Of a stretch of DNA of 64,000 nt, positions 51,536-62,521 are shown in pieces (the first letter of the stretch is position 1; every line of letters starts with the position of its first letter). Position numbers and translations under genes: made by a program. The DNA is taken from contig CM097883.1 in assembly GCA_044892505.1 (NCBI GenBank), positions 86,924,001-86,988,000 of the forward strand. Reading direction: 5' to 3'. The DNA is from Schmidtea nova (lineage: Eukaryota). Below the pieces are notes generated by a model, which saw nothing but the letters and a program-made list of their open reading frames with translations, ran no database searches and had not been told where the DNA came from.

Positions 51536-54136
51536 GTGAAAAGCCTGATGATGACAGCTAAGCTGTCGAAATATATTGCATTAATATATTTTAAAAAATG
51601 GTGTTCTCTTATTTATATGAATAAATTGCCATTTTTATTTAATAGTTTATTTAGATTAGATTGTACTTCAGTTCCAATATTCAAGAGATATTTAAAACTT
51701 TACACATCTGTGAGGAAAAAAGAATTAGATATTTCATTTTTAGAAACGTGTTTGGAAGATCATATGATACCAGCATTTATTTTTAAAATGAAATTGAATG
51801 ATTGCCTACTCGATGATGACGTTCGAATGATTCATCGACGAACTTTAAGAAGAATTTTGGAATTGGAGAAAAGGCGAAGAAATTATCTTGTTAAGCAACT
51901 TTCAGTAGTAAGATTGGTCTTGTACGAGGTGATTGGTGATTTTCATTTTTACATGTGCATTAAATCCGTAATTTTAAACTCACAACGTTGTTTAAGTTCA
52001 AAAATTGATTGTCAAAATAAAAAATTAAAAAATTTGAGAAAATTGTTTGGTGTATGTACGTTTAATGTTAAGAATACTGTGTTGAATGTTAGTGATGTGC
52101 CATTGACGAGTGATGAGGAACGTATTTTGAAGTTTGGTCCGAATCATGGTATTAGAAATAGGATTGACAAATTTAAATTTTTTTCCCAGATTGAATGTTT
52201 GTTTTTTACTTTGTCTAAAAATAAGAATATTAATTTGAATTATTTAAAAAATTTACTGAATGTTAACGCCAATGATTATTTAACTAAGAATAAAAAACAA
52301 AATATAAATGATTTTAATACTTTAAAGAATTTATCGAAGAAAAATATTAATATATGTAAATTTGATAAGGGTAATGGTTTGGTCGTTCTTAATCATGATG
52401 ATTATATTAAAAAGTTAGAAATGGTATTGTTATCTCCACAATTTGAAAAGATTGTCAGTTTTCGTAAGAATGGCAAATTACCACCTTTAAAAGATGAAAC
52501 AATATTAATATCTTTACTTCATGACTTAATTTTAAATAAACATATAGATAAGGATATTGTTAATTCACTTTGGCCTCGGGGATCCCAACCTGCTAAATTA
52601 TATGGTCTTCCAAAAGTACATAAAGATAATTTACCTATGAGACCTGTATTGTCAATGATTCAAACTTCACAATATAAGGTTGCGAAGTTTTTAGATAGTT
52701 TGTTGAAACCTTTGATTAAAACTGATTATGAATGTAAAGATAGCTTTGAGTTTGCCTCTTTTATAGTAAATTTAAATAAGAGTGGGAATGATGACTTTAT
52801 GGTTTCGTTTGATGTGGTTAGCCTTTTTACAAATGTTCCTTTAATAGAAACGATTGATATTTGTTGCAATTTATGGAGTGTTAACACTTCACTTCATAAT
52901 ATTATTGATGTTGTTGCTTTTCGTAAACTTTTGACATTTGCTACTTCTAATGTCCATTTTATCTTTGATAATCAATGGTATAAGCAAATTGATGGTGTTG
53001 CTATGGGCTCACCTTTAGCTCCTACACTGGCATCTATTTTTATGTCAAGTTTAGAAAATAAATTTATAAATTGTAGTGTGAATAAACCCTTAGTATATAA
53101 ACGTTATGTTGATGATATTTTTCTTGTATTTAAGAATAAAGAACATGTTGAGCCTTTTTTGTATTATATGAATGATTTGCATAAAAATATTAAATTTACT
53201 TTTGAAGAAGAAATTAATTCTAAAATATCATTTCTTGATTTGTTGATTGAAAAGAAAGAGAAACATTTTGAAACCGAAATTTATAGGAAAACAACAGATA
53301 CTGGTTTGTATACATCACCGGAAAGCTTTTGTGATTTTAAATATAAAAGAAATATGATAAGGGGATTGGTTTATCGTTCTTGGACATTGCCGTCAACTTA
53401 TTGTAAATCTATAAATAGTATTGATAAATTAATTAAATTACTACAGAATAATGGATATTCAAAATGTTTCTTGCAACGAATGGTGAGTGAAACTGTTGAT
53501 AAGTGTATTAATAAGTTGAATGTGATTGATGAAAAGATTTCTCCTGGTGTTGATCCGTTTAATACATCTGATAGTGCTCCTTTGATTGAAACAGGTGATG
53601 TTGTTATGGGAATGAATGATGGTGTTGATTGCAATAATAATAATAATGAAATAAATAAAAGTAACTTGAATGATTGCATTGGTTCTGTTATAGTTTTACC
53701 GTTTTCTGAGGGATTTGTAAATTTTAAAAAATCTATTATAAAATATATTGGAAATACAAATGTTAAAATAATTTCTAAGTCTTGCAAAGTTCGTGACATG
53801 TTCAGTAATAAATCTGTGACGCCATTTGGTCTGTGTTCTGATCTCGTATATCGTTTTACTTGTAATGGGTGTAATGCCACATACATTGGAGAGACTGCCC
53901 GTCATCTCTGTACACGAGTTCAAGAACATGCCAGAAAGAGCGGAAAGAGTAACATTATTGAGCATAATAAGACTTGCAAGATGAGCATTGATATTTCTAA
54001 TTTCAAAATACTTTCTAGGGGATTTAAAAATTATTATGAACGTGTGAATTGTGAGGCTTTGATGATAAAATCATTTAATCCTAAAATAAATATACAAAAT
54101 GCAATATCTACATGCATTTTGAGAGTGTTTAATTAA
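51536..54136 (+). CDS. Penelope-like RT + GIY-YIG polyprotein, unit 5 (intact)
   Basis: 866 aa (one extra Asn) with all RT and endonuclease motifs; likely ATG at 51617. Confidence 0.95.
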   Translation: MKSLMMTAKLSKYIALIYFKKWCSLIYMNKLPFLFNSLFRLDCTSVPIFKRYLKLYTSVRKKELDISFLETCLEDHMIPAFIFKMKLNDCLLDDDVRMIHRRTLRRILELEKRRRNYLVKQLSVVRLVLYEVIGDFHFYMCIKSVILNSQRCLSSKIDCQNKKLKNLRKLFGVCTFNVKNTVLNVSDVPLTSDEERILKFGPNHGIRNRIDKFKFFSQIECLFFTLSKNKNINLNYLKNLLNVNANDYLTKNKKQNINDFNTLKNLSKKNINICKFDKGNGLVVLNHDDYIKKLEMVLLSPQFEKIVSFRKNGKLPPLKDETILISLLHDLILNKHIDKDIVNSLWPRGSQPAKLYGLPKVHKDNLPMRPVLSMIQTSQYKVAKFLDSLLKPLIKTDYECKDSFEFASFIVNLNKSGNDDFMVSFDVVSLFTNVPLIETIDICCNLWSVNTSLHNIIDVVAFRKLLTFATSNVHFIFDNQWYKQIDGVAMGSPLAPTLASIFMSSLENKFINCSVNKPLVYKRYVDDIFLVFKNKEHVEPFLYYMNDLHKNIKFTFEEEINSKISFLDLLIEKKEKHFETEIYRKTTDTGLYTSPESFCDFKYKRNMIRGLVYRSWTLPSTYCKSINSIDKLIKLLQNNGYSKCFLQRMVSETVDKCINKLNVIDEKISPGVDPFNTSDSAPLIETGDVVMGMNDGVDCNNNNNEINKSNLNDCIGSVIVLPFSEGFVNFKKSIIKYIGNTNVKIISKSCKVRDMFSNKSVTPFGLCSDLVYRFTCNGCNATYIGETARHLCTRVQEHARKSGKSNIIEHNKTCKMSIDISNFKILSRGFKNYYERVNCEALMIKSFNPKINIQNAISTCILRVFN
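51539..51582 (+). ncRNA. Minimal hammerhead motif at the 5' end of unit 5
   Basis: CTGATGA 51545-51; stem II GACAGC/GCTGTC 51553-67; GAAA 51568-71; palindromic ATATAT 51571-76; predicted cleavage after 51577; short stem I. Confidence 0.65.
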
Positions 54137-54239
54137 TTTTATTAGGGTAAATAAAAGTTTTATTGGATTATGCACATGTAATTATGTAATCACTATTAAG
54201 CGTATAATTAAGATCAATTTTTATTTTATTGAGATTGTG

Positions 54240-54283
54240 AAAAGCCTGATGATGACAGCTAAGCTGTCGAAATATATTGCATT
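54240..54283 (+). ncRNA. Minimal hammerhead motif (right terminal partial unit)
   Basis: Same sequence; CTGATGA at 54246. Confidence 0.65.
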
Positions 54284-54351
54284 AATATATTTTAAAAAAT
54301 GGTGTTCTCTTATTTATATGAATAAATTGCCATTTTTATTTAATAGTTTAT

Positions 54352-54363
54352 TTATGACAATAA
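54352..54363 (+). repeat. Right target-site duplication TTATGACAATAA
   Basis: Identical to 42717-42728; its first 3 nt (TTA) overlap element homology, which ends at 54354. Confidence 0.85.
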
Positions 54364-56286
54364 CTTCATCATTTTTGTCATTGTCGCTAGTACTGAGTCA
54401 AAATGACTTCTTTGCAACGGAAATTCATCGTAACCTAACAAATGTTTGTGAAGAAGTGAAGAATGTGAAAAGGATTTAGATTTTACGAAAGGATTAAAAA
54501 ATTGTGAACGTGAAAGTGTAAAAAAGAGAGAAGGATCGCAAATCCCGCCGACAGAAACATATGATTGGAATACCGACAAAGTAAACCAACTTATTCCAGG
54601 AGATATCACATTGCCCTTAAGAGGATAAGCCGAAATTGTTAGACTGACATCGCTCTTAAATTAGAAATGCACTGCTTCTTTTGAAGCACCTAATACCTGT
54701 AAAATTGCGTTGCTCAAATATTTATTGTATCCATTAATAATAGAAATTTTCAAATATTTCAAAAAGTTTATTATTTTTGAACAATATATAAATCACAATT
54801 TTTTCCGTCAGTAATATCTTGAGAAAGAGAACTTCAAACACATCAACCTACAAGTATTCCATTATTTTTTCTATTACAGATTTATAACAAATTAGGTATA
54901 AATCCCTTCAAATGATTATTGCATTTTTTGAATTTATATAAAATTAGATATGCGTGGCTATGAAAGGAAAGACTGGCATTTTGTATACATTATGATGATG
55001 GATAATGTTTTATAATTAATTTATCAGAATTTATCTATTGATAATTATCAATAGTATATTTTAAAAACGTGGGAAGTACAGATGGATGGTCGTTTTTAAA
55101 TAATTTAATTTTTTTGGCCATACTTTTTTGAAAGTCATACTTTTTCGAAATATATATATAGCTTAATTTCGGTTCTTTTTTAAATTTTTTAAAATATATT
55201 TTGAAATTTTTCCTTATGAGGTTTTGTTTTTCAATTCCTATTCCTATCAACGAAAAAATTAAAAACTGAAATTAAATAATAAATTACCAGAGTTAATTTA
55301 ACACTATTTTTCGTGCGTTCTGATTCTTTTTTTAGAAATTAAGCCCAATATATATGCGTAATTTTAGGCATTAGTTTACTACTATTAAAAATAAGTAGTC
55401 TTATTATAATAATTTTAATTTCATTTTTTATTATTATTTTATTTCTATTTTTATTATTGTCATATATATATATATATATATATTAATATTTTTTCCGTCT
55501 ATCGTTTATCGCCACCCATATATAATTTTATATAAATTCACTTTATAAGCTAGTTATTAATGGCAATTTGTCTCTGAAATTCTAGATTCTTGTCTTAAAG
55601 TAGTTAAAATTTTACGGAGCAAAAAATATTTTTAAAAATACTCAAGAATAAATTATGTTGATCATTTCTTTTGTGAATTTGTTTGATTCGTTTAGCAAGT
55701 ACACCTAATTCTGTTTTTACACGATAGATACGTTCCTAAAAATTCGTGTAAAAAAAGATATTGGCTGAATGGAAAAATAGTAGATTGGTTCCATACCTAA
55801 AAAAGCAACAAAAGTACAATAAACAAACAAAAGTATAACAATAAATATAAAAAATCCATGTTAGAGTTCACAAAAGAATTTATTTTTCGTGCTTACACAT
55901 TTTAATTCATTAAATATATTATATAAAAAATAATCTAACTGAATTCTGAAGAATATAATGCGAAGTTAAAATGTATGTATACATAATTTGTGAAAAATGA
56001 AAATAAAAAAATTAATAGAACATCAAAAAAAATTCATAGAATATTGAAAATCGTGTTAAAACAAAGCAATTTGTGTAAAAAGAGAAAATAAATTCTTTTT
56101 AATTCGTGTTAAATCAAATTCGTATTAAACAATTCATGTAAAAACAGAATTAGGTGTATTCGTTTTGAGTGTAACATTCATGGATTTTTGTTAATTTTTT
56201 CAAATTTCATTAATTCAGCAAGTTGTAATAAAAACATAAAATTAATGACTTCTCACTTTATGTGTTCTTTAATCATTTGCCCAAGG

Positions 56287-56826
56287 CAAAGCCACCTTAT
56301 CCAATAGGCACCATAGGCACCGTGCCTATGGCCTACGAACTTTAAGGGGGCCTACGAAGAAAAAATAAAATACATACATATATATACAAAGAAAAACAAA
56401 ATAATTTTAGTTAAAAAAAATTAAAAAACGAAAATAAATAATTTCAAATATAAAAACGGAACTGAAAAATTTTAAATAATAATTTATTTTCGCCATTTTT
56501 CTTTGACAAAATCTTCAATAATGTCGTCAAAATTCATATCACGAGTAAGATTACTCTCAATGATGAGAGGCGATCTTGATTCATAGTTGACCGAATATAA
56601 TTTTTTATATGCTTCAATTTGGAAAATGATCGTTCTCCTTCTGCATTTGCTCCAATAATAGAGAGATAAATTCGAAATGCAATATTTACATTTGGAAAAC
56701 TTGTCTGTAATTTGTCTTGAATTTGTGATTTTATTAAATCTGCTACAGATTTTGGTGTACTAATTTGTTTTTCATTATTTATATTGTAATGTGCCTAGGG
56801 CCTACGAAAGGTTTGAGACGGCTCTG
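56287..56826 (-). mobile_element. hAT internal-deletion derivative with the transposase dimerisation domain
   Basis: Perfect 8 bp TSD GCCCAAGG (56279-86, 56827-34); ends CAAAGCC / GGCTCTG. Minus strand FPNVNIAFRIYLS.../EGERSFSKLKHIKNYIRSTMNQDRLS is the hAT C-terminal motif. Confidence 0.9.
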
Positions 56827-56905
56827 GCCCAAGGCATATTATTATGAATTCTATTTCACGTTTTCACACTTATTTTGGGATCAATTTTTAGTGACTTTTT
56901 TGTAG

Positions 56906-57012
56906 ATTCTGCAGAGTTGTCGGAGAAACAGAAAACGATTTAACCGAACAGAATTTGTTAGACATAATTCACATTGAGGACGTAATCAGGGTAAAATCAT
57001 ATCTAGACTCAA
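56906..57012 (+). CDS. bHLH-PAS gene exon 5: PAS-B
   Basis: ttttttgtag acceptor fits the phase-2 donor at 42212. FCRVVGETENDLTEQNLLDIIHIEDVIRVKSYLDS resembles [35 protein letters not shown]. Phase-1 GT at 57013. Confidence 0.85.
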
Positions 57013-57062
57013 GTTTGTTATTTAAATACGATAAATTATATTATTAATTAATTAAGTCATAG

Positions 57063-57201
57063 AAAAAAGAGATAATAACATGTGGACCCCAATTTATCGT
57101 ATTTTAGGCGCAAATGAGCGTTATTGCATGGTCAAATCGTTGGCAAAACAATTCTCTACTAGCTGCAGTCAATCTATAATTCTCCATCATAAAATTATTA
57201 G
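57063..57201 (+). CDS. bHLH-PAS gene exon 6: PAC
   Basis: Follows a 50 bp intron. KRDNNMWTPIYRILGANERYCMVKSLAKQ...SIILHHKII resembles [26 protein letters not shown]...CIVCVNYVV. GTAAAC donor at 57202, phase 2. Confidence 0.85.
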
Positions 57202-59957
57202 GTAAACTTATTTTTATAATTTATCTTATTATTTTACATTTTATCTTACTTACAAATAGAAAGTAAGTAAATTGTTTTAATTGATTTTTATAAATTTATT
57301 TTAAATTATGATAATTAGTTTTCTTTAGAAAAAGTAGTTACAATTTTAAAATAATTTTTTTTTAAATAAAATTAATTATATATTGTTGAGGTTNNNNNNN
57401 NNNNNNNNNNNNNNNNNNNNNNNNNNNNNNNNNNNNNNNNNNNNNNNNNNNNNNNNNNNNNNNNNNNNNNNNNNNNNNNNNNNNNNNNNNNNNNNNNNNN
57501 NNNNNNNNNNNNNNNNNNNNNNNNNNNNNNNNNNNNNNNNNNNNNNNNNNNNNNNNNNNNNNNNNNNNNNNNNNNNNNNNNNNNNNNNNNNNNNNNNNNN
57601 NNNNNNNNNNNNNNNNNNNNNNNNNNNNGTTAGTTTTGTGGGCGTCCTGTCTGGCATAGGATGACCCCCACCCTTTTATTTATTTTTTATCTATTTACAA
57701 AAGTGCAAAACAAAAAATCCACACGAAATAATGACAAATTAAAAACTATTGAAATATAGAAATAAAATCAAAGGAAATCATCTAATAAAAAAACTCAAAT
57801 TATAATTGAACAGAAACAAAATCAAAAGAAAACTACCAAAGGAAAATTTTAATAAAATATAAAATTTCTTTACCAAAATCGTTGAACGGCAAATACAAAG
57901 AAACAACCATAGAAAAGTGAAAATTTAAAGCAACAAAAGGAAATTAGAGACAATCAGCAAGGACTAAGAAAATTAACCAATTTTAGGAAAGAAAATAGCA
58001 ATAGAACAAAGATAAAAAAGACAACTAGTCCAAATCCAAACGTTTGGACAATATCTTACTTAGTGAGTATCGTGTTATACTTTTTGTTGCTTTTGTAACT
58101 GATATTGTAACAACATGCGCACGCACACTCACACAAAATTACACAGAATTCACCCTAGCTGTCCCAAGACAGTTATTTATTACCGGAGACTCTGCTGGCC
58201 TCTACAAATTTATTTTATACATAATAAATATCATAAATTACAAATNNNNNNNNNNNNNNNNNNNNNNNNNNNNNNNNNNNNNNNNNNNNNNNNNNNNNNN
58301 NNNNNNNNNNNNNNNNNNNNNNNNNNNNNNNNNNNNNNNNNNNNNNNNNNNNNNNNNNNNNNNNNNNNNNNNNNNNNNNNNNNNNNNNNNNNNNNNNNNN
58401 NNNNNNNNNNNNNNNNNNNNNNNNNNNNNNNNNNNNNNNNNNNNNNNCTTTCTTTATTTTTAACAATACAATGTTTTTAGACAACTTTTTTCAATATTTA
58501 TTTTCTGATATTGTTTATAATTTTTATGAGAAAATTTATTTTTATTATTTCAAATCAATTTATCATTTATATTAAATTCTTAGCTAAAGAACTATTAGTA
58601 AACATTTTGTATTATTTTATATTACTTATAATTAAACAGTAAGTAAAGAATTGTAATTGATTTTCATAAATATATTTACAGCTATAATTAGTTTTTGTTC
58701 GACAGTATCATAAAAAGTAATTAATTTAATAATATTAATTAAAAATTATTTCTAAAAAATTTTTAACTTCTGAATTGATTTTCTAAATTTTTAGCAATAT
58801 CATAAATGTTATTGGACAGCTTAGTATATTTATTATCAGGATTTATTTTTATAAGTTTTATGAGAAAATATTCATTATATAATAAAACAATAAATATAAA
58901 AAAGCTCGTGTCTATTGCATACGTATGTTGATAATATCGCAGGCGATTTTATTTTTAAATTCCTTATGTAACCCTTTGCATTCTATATACATGAAGGGCG
59001 TCAATAACGGTCTATCACGTAATGGTTTCTAGTCGATTGACAATAATATATAATAAGTGTTTGACATGTAGAAGGCTGTGATATTAATTCGTTCCGTAAA
59101 GTCTGCGCCTCTGTCGGCTGATCGTGCTTCCATTAGTCCGGTTGTGCAAGCGTATACGCATTCACTAGATCTTGGTACAAATCCGGCATATTATTAACTT
59201 TACTTTTATGGACCTGTCTTGGTCATCCAAATATTAAAAAGTTTTCTTTAATATTCTTAAATGATTTCTTTATATTAAAATATAAACTAATAAATGTTTT
59301 TTTTGTTTTCATTTTTACTATTTTCGACAGCGATATAACACTTTAAAATAAGAAGTACGTGCATTGTACGTGTGAACAAATTTACGCGAAACATTCACTT
59401 CTCTTGTGCTAAGTTATTATTAAAAGTAGCTGGACAGCTGTGAATAGATCCTAATGTAATTTTGTTTGTAAGTCACAAATGTGTATGTGTGCATGCCTTG
59501 AATGCTCTACGCGTTTTTATGCTTATAGCAGAATTTATTTAGAAATGGTCTAGTAGAGGCATGGAATTTCGAAGGTAGTTTTCAATCCCAAAAATTCGGG
59601 ATGAAATATTTTATATTTTATAAATTACATATAAAAGTCATTATTCTTTTTGCATCGTAAATTCAAAATTGATTATTTAAAGTTTTTTTTCTCACAGTAA
59701 ATTAAAAGCTCATCGCAAAAAAACCATAAAATGAAACAGTCAATTTTATTTGTATTGCTAAACATATTATACTTTACAAATAATGATATGCAACATCCAA
59801 TTTTAGAAGATTTTATGTAGAAAACTATATAGTTATAATAATAATATAATATAATAGAAGATTGACATAACTTCAAATATTGTCTTTCATATATTCTTTT
59901 TCTTAATTTTATATTTTTATATATATTTTGCATCTCATTAGTAAATTTTTTATAAAT

Positions 59958-60022
59958 AAAGACTGGATCAAAAAAATTTTAATTGTCACATGAATTTTTA
60001 AAAAAAATTTGATCTATAGTCT
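59958..60022. repeat. Palindromic family, centre-deleted copy
   Basis: agactggatcaaaaaaattt ... aaaaaaatttgatctatagtct: the outer arm parts are joined by about 25 bp and the inner hairpin is missing. Confidence 0.5.
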
Positions 60023-61074
60023 ATTTTAGCCAGGGAAGCTCTGGTGTTGATTGAATCCATTTTAAAACACTATTTGAATATAATAAAATTTAAAAAATAA
60101 TTAATGTATAAGTAATGATTTCAACATATGTTCATACATGCAGGCAGCATACATTAATAATCTAATACTTATTATAAAATGGCTCACAGTCTATATAAGA
60201 ATAAATGAAAATTTCTAAAATGGAAAAGAGGTAAAATGTGAACAAAATTAAAGATTTTTATTGTATGTCCTATTACTTTTACTTTAATTTTTATCTACTT
60301 TTGACCTTATTGCTTATCAGTTTATTGTGTTGTTCTTGGACAATTGCGTGAAAAATTATATAAAATTGGAAAAAAATTAATTAAAGTCATAAAATTCATT
60401 TTTAGGGGGAAAGTATGAGCGAGTAAAACGAAAAGTTTAAAGCGAATATGAAGATTTTAAATTCGATTTTTTTGGAGGTGGGTTTGATTCCCTAGGGGAT
60501 TTAATTCCAAAACTATAAATTATAATTATATAAATTTTGTTTATTACATTGGACAAAAACAAAATTGCTGAATTTGATGGGTGTCATAGCGGTCTGTCCT
60601 ATTTGGTTTGGTGGTGAAATTAATTGTATATAATTTATAAATCTAATCAAAGGAATTTTACCGGTATGGTTTTTGAAAAACAGAGATGAATAATTGCTTC
60701 GATTGAATATAAAATGTAAAAGGGATTTGGTAAAATTGGCCAGAATCGTCTATGATAAACGTGCGCTTGTGATGAGTATTAAAAGTTTTGAAAATTTGTT
60801 TGATATTATTCAATACATGCATGCGTATTTGTGCATGAAATTGTATTGAATTTATTGTCATATTAGTGAGAACTCGTATTTTATTGTGAAAATAAATTCT
60901 GTTATTTGTTAAATTGTGTTTAGAATAAAGGAACGTGTGAAGTCAGATTAAATTCCACGGAAATTGATTATAATCCCAATAATTGTTACCGCCTTTTAAA
61001 TAATAATTACATAAATTATTATTAACATTATCATTATTATTATCATTATTATTACTTATTATTTATTATTATTA

Positions 61075-61445
61075 TTACTACTTTAATTATTTTTACTGAA
61101 ATATGCACTANNNNNNNNNNNNNNNNNNNNNNNNNNNNNNNNNNNNNNNNNNNNNNNNNNNNNNNNNNNNNNNNNNNNNNNNNNNNNNNNNNNNNNNNNN
61201 NNNNNNNNNNNNNNNNNNNNNNNNNNNNNNNNNNNNNNNNNNNNNNNNNNNNNNNNNNNNNNNNNNNNNNNNNNNNNNNNNNNNNNNNNNNNNNNNNNNN
61301 NNNNNNNNNNNNNNNNNNNNNNNNNNNNNNNNNNNNNNNNNNNNNNNNNNNNNNNNNNNNNNNNNNNNNNNNNNNNNNNNNNNNNNNNNNNNNNNNNNNN
61401 NNNNNNNNNNNTTTAATTATTTTTACTGAAACATGCACTATAATA
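61075..61445. repeat. Minisatellite spanning an N-gap
   Basis: tttaattatttttactgaaa(t/c)atgcacta occurs on both sides of the gap. Confidence 0.6.
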
Positions 61446-61559
61446 AGCATTATTATTATTATTTATTTCATTGCCCCTATCATTTCATGAAAGAGCCCTG
61501 GGTTTTTTTTATTCACCAGGATGTTCTTGCAATGTATTATCATTGCATTCTTGCATTGA

Positions 61560-62440
61560 ATAGTAATTTTATTCCGCATTGTTGCAACTAAATCTTCGAT
61601 AATTCTCTCTTAAATAACCTCGACTTCTGTGAATTTTTGACTAGGTGTAATGGCATTGAAATTTTAAATGCTCTCTTAAACATTTCGAATCTCATATGTC
61701 GTTCTTTGCCCACATAGCAAACTTTATTTCTTGGTTTGATATTTGAAAGTTAAAGTGATACTTGTTAAAGTGATTTTTATGCCGCAATAGTAGCATTTTT
61801 ATCTTTTCTGTTTGATAAATTTTCGATTAGCATTGCTATTTATTGCATGCTATATTTTTGTTCATATTTTCTAGTATATTTTGTTGGATTTCAGAATCTT
61901 TGACGCCCTTTACATTCTTTTATTCTTTTCACCACATTTGCTCAAGTTCCTTTCTTTTAACCTTAAACAATTGACGAAATTTCCCCAATAACTACACTTT
62001 TTTTTTACCTTTGATTTTTTCCATTTCTTTTAAATCTCTCATTTTATTTTATTTTTTGTCTCTTTTCTTTGACTACGAAATATGCAGCTAGTTCTTTTTT
62101 GTTCCAATTATGTCTCATTCTTTACTAGTTTCTCGACGTTTTAAAATACAGTGTTACCATTTCCTTGTCGTTTTTGGAATTATAAATTTTTTTAACAAAA
62201 TCTCCAATCAAAGAAGATGGCCTTAAGAATGCTTCTCGTAATTTATTTTCAAAACCCTTTTCTGGAATTGCTTCGTAAATTGGCAATATTTCTCTTTCGA
62301 TGAGGCATGAGATGATGATGTTTCTTCTAGACTGCAAATATCAAAATAACGATTGCAAACTGTTATGAATGTTTCGACATCGTCGCCCGTTCTTTCTGCG
62401 CTGTTCATGTTAAGAATAACATCAAAGTTGATAATATAAT
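61560..62440 (-). pseudogene. LTR-retrotransposon gag relic
   Basis: GDDVETFITVCNRYFDIC.../NIIISCLIEREILPIYEAIPEKGFENKLREAF looks gag-like; downstream are two decayed zinc-knuckle starts, KCYYCG and KVCYVGKERH. Confidence 0.55.
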
Positions 62441-62521
62441 TTTTTTTCAATGTCAAAAACTATTTCTTTGTTTTATTTAATAATACATTTCGATAAATTT
62501 TTCAATAATAATACTTATATT

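Larger units (their letters stand above)
42717..54363. mobile_element. Penelope-like element concatemer (3 minus units head-to-head with about 1.3 plus units) inside one TSD
   Basis: Unit period is 2698 bp (stops at 42906, 45604, 48302) and 2701 bp on the plus arm. Inversion junction at 50866-50871. TTATGACAATAA occurs at 42717-42728 and 54352-54363. Confidence 0.92.

Noticed and set aside
43077-53965. Recurrent 89 aa and 161 aa antisense ORFs in every PLE unit
   Set aside because: They are shadows of the GIY-YIG/linker frame; they recur because the units are nearly identical, which is not independent conservation.
54237-54609. ORFs 54237..54479 and 54352..54609
   Set aside because: The first is the truncated terminal unit reading into flanking DNA; the second has no motif or splice support.
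59040-59200. GC-richer segment as the exon after exon 6, or minus-strand YAGFVPRSSEC frame
   Set aside because: Plus-strand acceptors in the required phase hit stops within about 17 codons; the minus frame is short and bounded by stops.
8358-61450. ORFs containing runs of X
   Set aside because: They stay open only across N-gaps. Only the part of 15550..15993 before the gap is treated as coding.
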